This document shows positions 1 through 12,000 of a DNA stretch of 64,000 bases, piece by piece. The stretch comes from Leidyana gryllorum EB-2025a (lineage: Eukaryota; Protista; Apicomplexa): the NCBI GenBank assembly GCA_048772705.1, contig JBLWGC010000002.1, forward strand, positions 62,001 to 126,000, given 5' to 3'. The stretch's first letter is position 1; every line of letters begins with the position of its first letter. The position numbers and the translations under genes are program-made. The notes under the pieces were generated by a model that had not been told where the DNA came from, ran no database searches, and saw only the letters and a program-made list of their open reading frames with translations.

Positions 1-3000
1 CCTTTGAGACTCTGAACATCAAACCCGATCTGTTCGTTCTGTTCAGTTCGTTGGCGGCTTTCATTGGAAACTTCAAACAGACCAATTACAGTGCGGCAAA
101 CTGTGCCTTGGATCAGCTCGCACTCTACCGTCGGGCAAACCAGCTAAGTGCACAGTCGGTCCAATGGGGTCCGTGGACTGAACAGGGAATGGCTGTCAAT
201 CTGAACAGTATATTGGAGAAGGCCGGCCTCAAAGGTATCACGAACGACATTGGTATGAGGGTTCTGAGCGACACTCTGACACACCTCACCAACACGCCTG
301 TTGTTTGTTGCCAGCAGTTCCGCTGGCGTACATTCCTACAGCGATACGACGTCCCGCCGGCCTTTTTCTCCGCGGCAGTGCGGGCGGCGAAGACTGGCGG
401 CAAAGAGGTCAGCGCCAAAGTGGCTTCGATGACGCCGGAACAGCGTCGTGCCTATGTACAGCAGTGTGTCATTGACACGGCAGTGGCTGTATTGGGTCGA
501 TCAGATCTCCCACCGCTGGACGCACCTCTTCAGGATTTGGGTATTGACTCTTTGGGCGCTGTGGAGTTCAGAAACTCTCTCCAGAACAAGTTGGGTATCA
601 AACTGGCTGCCACGGCCATGTTTGATTATCCCACGCTCCAGGCGCTGGGAGAACACATCTTCTCTTTGGTGGAAGAACAGATCGCTCAGATGCAGGGCGA
701 AGCTCAGACTGTGGCTGACGCGTTCGACTTGGGCCCGGGAGGACATTTGGAGATGGCCAGTGGTGCTGCAATCACCGGTATTGGCCTGCGTCTCCCCGGA
801 GACGCCAATGACCCGGAAAGCTTCTGGGACATGTTGATAAACGGTCGACACGGAATGATTGACGTCCCGCTGGACAGATTCGATGTGCAGTGGTTCTACG
901 ATAAGACGGACAGCGCTCCGAGTTCAATGGTTGTCCGACAAAGCGCCTTCATTCGTCACGCCACCTACTTTGACCATCAGTTCTTCAACCTCTCGCCCGC
1001 CGAGACCGTCAGTATGGATCCTCAACAACGTGTTATGCTCGCCACCGCCTACGCTGCCCTCCATACCGCCGGGCACACCAAAGAGACGCTGCCTGGGAAG
1101 TCTATCGCGTGTTACATTGGATGCTGTAACTTTGATTGGCACTATGTCAGTCAGTTCAGCAAGTCGCCTTTCGCTGGTACCGGAGGGTCCGGATCGATTG
1201 TCAGTAACCGTATCAGTTTCACTTACGGTCTGAAGGGTCCGAGTATCACTGTGGATACCGCCTGCAGTTCCTCGCTGGTGGCTCTCGATGCTGCAATGAT
1301 CAAATTGCGCGCGGGTGTGTGCAGTGAGGCTCTGGTGGGAGGTGTCAACCTGATGATCTCTCCTCATCTCTTCGCCACCTTTGGCCGCGCCCGAATGCTC
1401 GCGCTCGACTCCAAGTGCAAAACGTTCGACGCTCGGGCCGACGGTTACGTCAGAGGCGAAGGAAGCGGAGCCGTTGTCCTCCAACCCCTGGAAGAAGCTC
1501 GTCGGGAAAACAAGTTCATCTACGCCATTGTTCGAGGCTCTGCTGTCAACCACGACGGCCGTAGCGCCAGTCTGACTGCTCCTAACGGCCCCGCCCAACA
1601 GGAAGTCATCAAGGCTGCCCTCCGTGAAAGTGCCGTCAAACCCGCCGACGTGTGCTATGTGGAAGCCCACGGCACTGGAACTCCTTTGGGAGATCCCATT
1701 GAGGCCGGTGGACTGAAGGCAGTGTACTCTGCTCGTGACCAACGATTCCCGCTGGTGGTGGGCGCCCTCAAAACAAACATTGGACATCTCGAAGGATCAG
1801 CCGGTATCGCGGCCCTCATCAAGGTGGTACTGTGTCTCCAGCACAAGGAAGTCCCGAAGAATCTGCACTTCGAGCAGCTCAATCCCCACATTGACATCGA
1901 AAACTTCCCGGTGGTCTTCCCGGCGCAGGCCACTGCGCTCAGTAGCCGCCGTGCGTGCATCGCCGGTGTCTCTGCCTTTGGGTTCGGAGGTGCCAACGCC
2001 CACGCCATCGTGGAAGGAGTGGACTCTCAGCTGATGCCCACCATCCAACCCATCAAGTTCCCCGCCGATCTCTACGCCAAACGAAACCATCCGTTCCACG
2101 AACCCATCCACCCGTACCTCGGACGTCGCGCTGTGCAAAAGAACGGTCGTGAGATTGTCCACACCTGGCCGTTCAGAAACGACGTATACTGGGACTACGT
2201 CAAGGATCACGTTGTCTTTGACAGTGTGGTGCTCCCGGCTGCCATTCTGCTCGAATGCATCTCAGCTTCGTTCACTGCCGTCCCTCAGACGTTGGATCGC
2301 TACGTATCGGGCCCCTCTGGCAAACCTACCCTCATCAAGTCTTTCGTCATCGAACGACCTCTGCACGTCCCGTACCCCGTGGAAGACGCCCGTGACTACC
2401 AACACACTCGTCTGTCCTTCAACCGGGACGGGACCTTCACGCTGAGCTCGCAGAGCGGAGCCGAAGGCTCCCACTACGAGGCAGCCGGTGGGGGTGCCTG
2501 CGAGGAACCCACCAAGGACGACATCCCGTCGTACATCCAGGCAGAACCCGTCCCGTACGACCAGTGTCCGTACGAAGTGGATGTCGACGAAATGTATGGC
2601 CAACTCTCCCAAATCGGATTGGTGTACGGCCCCAGATTCCGAACTGTGAAGAAGCTGTGCATCAACGAGACGACAGCCATTGCTGATCTCGAAGTCACCG
2701 AGGGCAGTGACGCAGGATACTACAACAGCACAGAGTTCGGATTCCGTATCCACCCCACTGTGATCGATGGGGCGTTCCATTGTGGTGCCGCTCTCATTCG
2801 CGCCAGCGAACTCAAGAAAGACCCCTCATTGGCCAAGAAGACCATCAAAGACCGCCGCATTATGGTGCCGTATATGTTTGAGGACTGTTATATGGAGTGC
2901 GCTTCTCCAGGCACCAAATACCAAGCCGTCGTCACTCTGAAAGAATGCGATAAGAAGAGTGCTGAACTGAGCGTCGTTCTTCGTATCAAACAGATGCCTC

Positions 3001-6000
3001 TAGAGTCATGGAATCAGTACCCATTCGGAGCCCGTGCCAGTGTTGGACGTGTTGTTGCGAATCTGAGAAGAGTCAAATTGGCCGCGGTGGACTTCTCTGC
3101 CGTCATCTCAATCCCCAAGGAATTGATCTGGAAGGTCGATTGGGTTGCACAGCCCCCCTCCAGCATCGCTGCTGCCGACTCCCATCCAACCTCGCCCTCC
3201 AAACCCGAGGCTGAATCGCCGCCCAAACTCAGCATCGGTGCCATCCGCTCTCTCTCGGCGTCTGAGAGTGCAGATAAGGTCGCTTCCAGACAAGTCCTGA
3301 TGGTGGTGCCTCCTAATGCTCTGCACGCGAGCTTCAAGGACGACCCTCACATCCAAATCGTCCACAGCATGGCCGACTTCACTGCGCTCGTCGAGACAGC
3401 TGACCTGGGAGACTATGGAATGATTGTCTTCTGCGGAGGTCTTCGCCGAGGCCACACTGAGACTGAAGTACTGTCGTGGGCATTGGAACTCTTTGTGGCG
3501 ATCCAATCTCATGTGACCAAAGAGAAGCGACTATGCCCCATCTTCCTGCTTACTGAGACCACTCAAATGCCCACCCAGCGGCCTCCCCTCCACGCTGGAC
3601 TCTGGGGTTTCGCTCGGTCAGCCAAACTTGAGGCCGAAATCAAATTGGGTCGCCAAGTCCGTCTGGCCTGTGTGGACCTCGTACCTCCGATGGATCCCTA
3701 CAGTATGCTGACAATGCTGAGAACTCTGGCCCGGAAGACTGAAGGCTTCGAAACCGATCTCGTGATGAGGGAAGTGCGCGAAGAGGACGAGATTCAGCAT
3801 GTCCAACTGCATTCCGGACGATTCGAGAAGGTCAAATTCGACTTCTACGGTGCAGTCGAACTCTACATGAGGGACAGAGGAGCCATATCCATGCTGCAAC
3901 TCCGCAGTCAAGCTGTATCCAGCCGCGTGCCACCTCCTCGTGGCCATGTTGAGGTCCGCGTACGGTCAGTGGGTCTGAACTTCCGTGATGTCCTCAACGT
4001 CATGGACCTGTATCCCGGAGATCCTGGCCCACCGGGCTCTGATTTCGCCGGAACTGTGGTTCGTGTTGGCCCCAACGTGACTCACTTGGCAATCGGAGAC
4101 CCAGTCTTCGGTATCGCTCCTGGATGTCTCAAGACCTACACATTGACTGATGCCCGTCTGGTGGCTCCCATTCCGGCTGACTTTAGTTTCGAACAGGCCG
4201 CCGCCATGCCAGTCATCGGAACCACTGTTGAGTATGCTTTGGCGCATTTGGCGAAAATCAAGAAAGGCGATCGCGTTTTGATACACGCGGTAACAGGAGG
4301 TGTTGGACTGGTCGCACTCAAGTACTGTTTGTCGGTTGGCGCACGCGTGTGTGGTACTGCCGGTAGCGCTGTTAAGAAGCAGTACGGGCAGGACGCCGGT
4401 GCTGAGTACGTTGGAGACTCGCGTGATGCTGCAGCCTTCTTGGAAGGTATGAAGAACCACCTGGGTAACAGCAAATTCGATGTGGTGCTGAACTGTCTGA
4501 TCGGCGATCATCTGAAGCATTCCATAGAACTCTTACGTCGTGGTGGTATCTTCCTGGAGCTCGGCAAACGTGAAATTCGCACTGTTGAGCAGATGAAGGA
4601 GGAGCGTCCTGACATCATCTACCACATTGTTGCCATCGACACCATGATGGACGAAGATCGCGAATGGTTCAACAAGCTGTTGAGCGGAGTGGCGGATAAG
4701 ATGGCGGCAAAGCAACTCGAGCCTCCACCGCTGGAATTGTACAACTTGGGCCACCCGACCAGGACGGGTGTCGCAGCTTTCCAACAGTTACAACGAGCAA
4801 AGCACATTGGAAAAGTGATAATATCAGTACCTTCTGCGCTGGGAGTTGTGTCTGGTACGAAGCACAACTACCCGTCAAACGAGACATATTTGATCACTGG
4901 TGGTTTCGGAGGCTTAGGTTTGGTCGTGGCACGCTGGCTGGTGGAAGAAGGTGCCCGGAATATCGTACTCTTGTCTCGACGTGGAGCTCCGAGCACTGAA
5001 CAGGCGGCTTCGCTCAATTGGCGCTACCTGACTGACCGCATGAAGGGTGGCACAGTGAACGTGAAACAGGTCCGATGTGATTTGACAGATGCCGCTGCGA
5101 CCACTGAGTGCTTGCGGGAGATTATGAACTCGATGCCGCCGCTGAGTATTGTATTCCACACTGCGGGTGTGTTGGCCGATAAGCTGTTGGAGCAGCAGAA
5201 CCGCGAGAGTCTGTCGGTGGTGTTGGACTCAAAGGTCCGAACAGCCTGGACGCTGCACCGTGCATTGGGAGAGTTGGCCATCGACTTGAGGTTGCTGGTC
5301 TGCTTCTCATCGGTATCGAGTCAGTTCGGCAACTACGGTCAGACAAACTACGCCGGTGCCAACAGTGCGCTTGACGCGTTCGCCAAGTGGAGATCTGATG
5401 TCCAGAAGTGTCCTACTGTGGCTATTCAATGGGGTCCATGGGTGGAACAAGGAATGGCGAAGGGATTAGTGAGTCATCTGAAGACTGTGGGTATGAAAGG
5501 CATTACGAACGAGTTGGGTCTGGCGGTGCTGAATGATATAATCAAATACACCGTCAACGACGAGGCGCTCCCGAGTGCCGATCCGCCAGTGACGTTCCCG
5601 TCAGTGGTGTGTGTGCAGAGTTTCGAGTGGCCGGTCTTCATGGACCGCTATACCGAAGTACCGCCGCTGCTGAGCAAAGTGGAGGTGGGAGCTGATGAGT
5701 CATCGGTGAATGTGGCTGCACGCCAAGCTTTGATGGCGATGAGTCCGGAGGACAGAGTGGTCTACGTGCACAACATTATCGCCGAGACGGCTCGTCAAGT
5801 CTTGGGCAGTGATGAGTTGCCGGCAATGGACACTCCCTTACAGGAACTCGGTATCGACTCTTTGGGCGCGGTGGAGTTCCGTAACGCTTTGCAACTCAAG
5901 TTGGGTGTCAAGTTGCCGGTAACAGCTCTGTTCGACTACCCGACTTTGGAGGCTATCAACGATTACATCTTCCGCGAGATCGATTCATCATTGGCTGAGA

Positions 6001-9000
6001 CAATGGAGGTCGCCGAGATCAGTCCACGCATGGGTCAGACAGCTCTGGCTGCTGCCACTTTCGAGCGCATTGCTGTGACTGGGCTCGCTGGTCGCTTCCC
6101 GAACCACTGCCGAACGATCAGTGACTTCTGGCAGATGTTGATGAACGGAGAGAACTGCATTGTTGAGGTGCCGGCCGAGAGATGGAGCGCCGATCTGGCC
6201 TTCGACCCCGATCCAGATGTCCGTGGAAAATGCTACACTCGCGAAGCGGGCTTCATTGCTGATATGGATCTGTTCGACAATCGGTTCTTCAACATCAGCA
6301 AAGCTGAGGTGATGTCATTGGACCCCCAACAGCGACAGATGCTCGAAGTTGCCTACGAAGCCTTCACCAATGCTGGGTATAACAGGCAGACTCTGGCCGG
6401 TCAGCAGTTCGGTGTGTATGTCGGATGCTGTAACACGGATTGGCACTTTATGGATATCACCAGTTCCAGCGAGAAGATAAGCAGCTACAGCTCGTCTGGA
6501 GGCGCCACCTCGCTCATGGCCAACCGTATATCATACTGCTTCGGCTTGAAGGGCCCTTCGCTCACTGTCGATACTGCCTGCTCCTCCTCTCTTGTGGCCA
6601 TGGACGGTGCGTACCAAGCGATCCGAGCAGGATGCTGCAGTGGAGCTTTGGTGTCTGGTGTCAACCTGATGTTAACACCTCACCTCTTCGTCCTCTTCTG
6701 CAAGTCGCGAATGCTCTCACCTGACTGCCGTTGCTACACCTTCGATCATCGTGCAAATGGATATGTCAGAGGTGAAGGTATTGGTGCCATTGTCTGTATG
6801 CCCTTCAGCAAGGCTAAGCAGTCCCAGCTTCCGGTTCACGCTCTGATTCTGGGTAGTTCTGCCAACCACAACGGTCGAGCTGCCTCCGTCACCGCCCCCA
6901 ACGGACCCGCCCAGCAGGATGTAATTCGCAACGCGCTGCGTCTTGCCAACATGAATCCGAGCCAAGTCAGCTATGTCGAGGCTCATGGCACCGGTACAGC
7001 TCTGGGAGATCCCATAGAGGTCGGAGCCCTGAAGGCGGTGTTTGCTTCCGATAGACCTTCCCACCAACCACTGGTCATTGGTGCGGTCAAGACGAACATT
7101 GGTCATCTGGAAGGTTCTTCCGGTATTGCTGGACTTCTGAAGCTCATTCTGGTGCTGAAGCACGGTACTGCCCCACCGAACTTGAACTTCACTCAACTGA
7201 ACCCGCACATTGATATCTCTGATTTCCACTGTACCTTCCCGGTTGAGCATCCAGTGAAGCTCACTGTTCCGTTCAACACCCCACCAACCGGTGGCGTGAG
7301 CAGCTTCGGTTTTGGTGGCGCCAATGCCCATTGTGTGGTCACTGTTCCCACCAAGGACGATGGATGTGTGATCGCCAGTTCAATCACGACTTCGGCGTCA
7401 AGCAGTGCTGGCCGTGCGGTGGCCTTCTTGTTCACTGGACAAGGCTCACAGTATTTGGGAATGGGTCAGGAGCTCTATGACAAAGACTTGACCGGCGTGC
7501 GCGAAGTGTTCGACGAAGCCGCTAAGCTGATTCGGGAAGAGGGCTTGTTCGGAAACGAAGATACTACAGCCTTGCTGGAGCTGATGTGGCCTTCTAAGCG
7601 TACGGACGAGCTGACATTGCGCCTTTCCAACACCCGTTACGCACAAGTGGCGGTATATGTCTATGAACAAGCGGTGGTGAAGTATCTGTTGTCGCAAGAC
7701 ATTGTCCCGGTGGCGGTGATGGGTCACTCGCTGGGTGAATATTCAGCAGCCGTTACTGCCGGATTGCTGAGTTTCGAGGACGGTCTGCGTCTGGTGGCGA
7801 GTCGTGCTCGCATTATGGCCGACCTGCCAGTCCGCAACGGTGTAATGTGGGCGGTTCGTGCCACTATGGAGCAGTACGAGGCTGCTGTGGCGAAGTTGGG
7901 CAGTGAAGATACCAACAAGGTGGCGGTAGCGGCGGTCAACGGTCCGCGGTCAATGACGATATCGGGTGACCGTGAACAGGTGTTGGACGTGCTCAAGGCG
8001 ATGGGAATGGAAGGCAAGGGAAAGCAGTTGGAAGTGAGTCATGCATTCCACTCGCCGTTGGTGACGGACAGCGTACCGCTTGTGGAGAAAGTATTGGAGA
8101 ACGTTGTGTTCATGACCAATCTACGGTGCTCGTTTGTATCGACAGTTGAGGGTCGGATGGTGAATGCCAGTGTTTTGGCTGATAAGAAATACTGGGCAAG
8201 TCACATCACTCGACCAGTGTTGTTCCGGCAAGCAATCGAGGCGCTGAGTATTGAGGCTAAGTGTTCAGCTTTCGTTGAAGTTGGCCCCCGACCGGTTCTG
8301 ACGTCAATGGCTCGTCCCTGTCTGCCAGCGGTGGCCAGCTCTGACACCATAATGCTCAATGTGGCCGATCCCAACAAGGGCGACAACAGCTATGTGGCCC
8401 AAATCAACAACGTCAACTCGACTCTGGAGGCTGCCAAGGAGCACAAATGGAGTCACACCGAGCGATTCCCATGGCTGAATGCCGCACATCCGTTCGTGGG
8501 TGACTGGAGAGCCTGTTTGACCCCGACTCGCGAGCCCAAGTTGAGTCTGGAGCACAAGGTCAGCAAGGAAGTTCTGGAGTTTGTGAACGATCACGTTGTC
8601 AATGGGATGTGTCTGATGCCGGCGGCCGGAATGACAGAGATGGTTCTGATGGTCACTGGACAGCACTTTAGTGCTCAGTACCACCAGGCCCCCTTACATC
8701 ACAACGCCGATTGGATCCGTGTCCAATCGATCGAGTTTGTTCAGGCGATGTTGGTGCCGAGCGAAGAGAACGCCAACTTTACTCTGCAACTGGAACGCAT
8801 TCCTTCGCTTTCTAATCAGATCCACGTCAGTTCTCAATCGCACGATGACGGATACTTCCTGAACTGCCGCGCTAGCGGATGCGAGGTGATGCGCGAGAGA
8901 CCGGTCGATGCTCAGCTTCCGGTGGCCTCCGCCCAGGAGAAGCTCCAAGTGTTGATGTCCCGCTTTACCCCAGAGGCTGGAGCTGAAGTTATCGACCCAC

Positions 9001-12000
9001 AACAGCAATACGCCACTCTGCGAGCCATTGGTTTGGATTATGGACTCAACTTCCAGACTGTTCGCAGTATGCAACGGGTCGGAAGCGAAGTGTTGGCCAA
9101 ACTACAGACTATCGGGGATCTCAAGACGTTCGAGATGAGCTTCAGATCACACCCTGGAGTACTGGACGGTGCGTTCCAAAGTATCGCAGTGGTACTTGGT
9201 GCCGCTGGTGTCCGTCAAGCTATGATCCCGGTGGCCATTGAAGGCATGGAATGCGGAAAGCTGACCGTTGGGTGCGAATACTGGTCACATGCCACCCTAA
9301 TCCGCAAGACTGCTCGGACTGCTTATGTCCAATTGATGGTGTACAACCAGTGGGGCCAACTGGCTTGCCGTCTGGACAGAGTCGTCCTGCGCGGCATCGA
9401 CTCCGCAGGATCGGTCGATTTCCCCAAGGATGTGTACTGGAACGTCGAGTGGAAGACGCGGGACCAGTTGGACGGTGATCGTCCGGAGGCCGGCGATGTC
9501 CCAAAGGAGACTGGAGACGCGGGCAGCAAAGAAGCGAAGGACACAAAAAGTTCGGGTCAATCAATGACTGACATTTATAAATACCATACGGAAGGCGACT
9601 ATCTGATCTTCGGCGATGCTGGGTTCCCACTGGGCGACTGGAAAGAGATTACCTTCTCTAATGGATCCAAAGCCACTATCACAATGAGACCGTCCCCTAA
9701 GAACGATACTGAGGCGGATATCTCTGTACGTGAGAGGGCCTGGCGCGGTATTGTGTTCGTGGGCGGCTTGAACCGTTCATGTTCCGAGGAACAGGTGTTG
9801 GGTGACTGTCTGATGGTGACCAAGAGTTACGGTCGTGTGTTTGCTACCCACCCCAAGGATGAAGTGATGCCTCGTCTCATTATACTGGCTGCGGGCGCGG
9901 TCAGTGGCGTTGGAAAGTCCAAAGTGCCCATGTCTTATCACTCTGGACTGCTTGGGTTCGCCCGTTCCGCTCGGTTAGAGTTGGACAACATATTCAGTCG
10001 CATCCCCGGTCTGGTGTTTGCTGACATTGAGTCTTGTCAGGACGTTGTTACGCTGCAGTCTAAGATCGATAACGTGGTGACGGCGCTCAAAGATCGACCA
10101 GAGGAAGCCGAGGTCGTCTTGAGGGGTCAAGATACCTATTACAGTCGTCTACGCAAACTGGATCTGATCCAAGAGAAGGGTTACTACGCTATCTCGTTGA
10201 ACGAACCCGCACCTGACTCGGCTGGAGCTGCCAATAAATGGGAGCACATATCCTTCAAGCCTTGTCCTCAGGGCAAACAGTTGGTGTGCCCACCTGGGTG
10301 TGCCGTTGTGCGTGTTATAGCTTTTGGAGTCACAGCAGCCAATGTGAAAGACATGAGGGATCTGTCGGATGAAGAACGTTGGGCGGCCATTGAAAGCACC
10401 TTTGCGGGTATTGTGGTGCGACTGGAAGGTCAGACCGCCGCCTCGGGTTCCGACATTCGTGTCGGTAGCCGGGTCATTGGCACCGGTGCCGCCTGCTGGC
10501 GCGCTGTGACCGTAGCTGACGCTCGCCAGCTCAAGTTGTTGGACAATTCCAAGTCCTTCGCGGAGAGTGTGATCGGAGGTGATGTGGGCAACCGTCTCGT
10601 GGTGATTGAAAAAGAAGAGTCCTTCAAAGTTGGCGTCGACCAAACCAGTCATGATGGACTGACCCGCGTTTACCAGTGGCCATCTGCTGTTTCGAAGAGT
10701 ATTTCGCTCCTAAGTCGCAATGCACAACACCAGAATGCTTACCTCATCACGGGTGGCTATGGTGGTCTCGGTTTGACGACGGCCAAGTGGCTCATGGAGG
10801 AGGGTGTGACCAATCTGTGGCTGGTATCTCGTTCTGGCAAGCCGTCAGACCCGTCTCTGAACAGCTGGAGGGTTCTCAAGGAGGCCGAAGAGAATGGTTT
10901 GATCCAAATCACCAGTTGTCGTGTGGATATGAGTTCGGAATCGGCAGTCACGGATATGTTCAAGAAGGTCAAAGATGCGGGTTTCATTCTGAAGGGTGTC
11001 TTCCACTGCGCCGGTGTACTCAACGATATCCCATTGACCAATCAACAGAGACTGCACATTGATCAAGTTTATGGAGGCAAAGCGCGGGGTGCATTGCTGA
11101 TGGACGAAGCTCTGAGAACCCTCAAGCTGAACCCAGAGTTGGAACACTTCGTCATGTACTCTTCCGTGGCCACTCTGATTGGTAACTACTCACAAGTCAA
11201 CTACAGTGCTGCCAACGGGGTACTGGACGGCCTGTGTGCCCGACGTAAAGCCGAGGGCTTCGCTGGTCTGTCGATTCAATGGGGTCCTTGGACAGAGCAG
11301 GGTATGGCCAGCGAGTTGGTCGGCCTGCTGGAGAAGGTTGGCATGAAGGGTCTGAGCAATGACGTCGCTTTGAGGGCACTGGCTGCCGCGATGATCAACG
11401 ATCGCACAATGGGCACCGGTGTGGTTGGTGTTCAGGCGTTCAACTGGCGAAGATTCCTGCGACGATACACCAGTGTTCCACACTTCTACGAGAGTCTGCC
11501 GGCGAATCTGCTGACGAGCGGCGATGGTGGTGATGTGATCGATGTAACAAAGATCAGCAAGAGCGATCTGTGTAACCTGTTGTCTGATATCGCTCAACAA
11601 GTCAGTGGGACCTCTGTCCGACCGAATCCCGACACACCTTTGATCGAAGTCGGCTTCGACTCTCTGGGTGCAGTGGAATTCCGTAACAATATCCTGGACG
11701 CTACCGGTGTACGCCTGCCCCAAACCTTAGCCTTCGAGAATCCCACGATAGAGGCTGTGGCAGACTTTATCTTGGAACAGGCTGGAGTGGGTGATGGAGG
11801 AGCCCAGAACCAAGACCGAGCGGCCAGCAATGCTGCTGCCGCTGCGGCACCCGTCGATTCCTGGCTCATGTCTGCCTTGGAACCAGCTGCTGAACGATAT
11901 ACTCTGTACATCGAGGCATTCAACAGCCATTATCCGACCATCGGCCACATGTTGGAGGTCGATGATCCTGAGGGCGCATTGGCTGATAACATCAAAGTGA

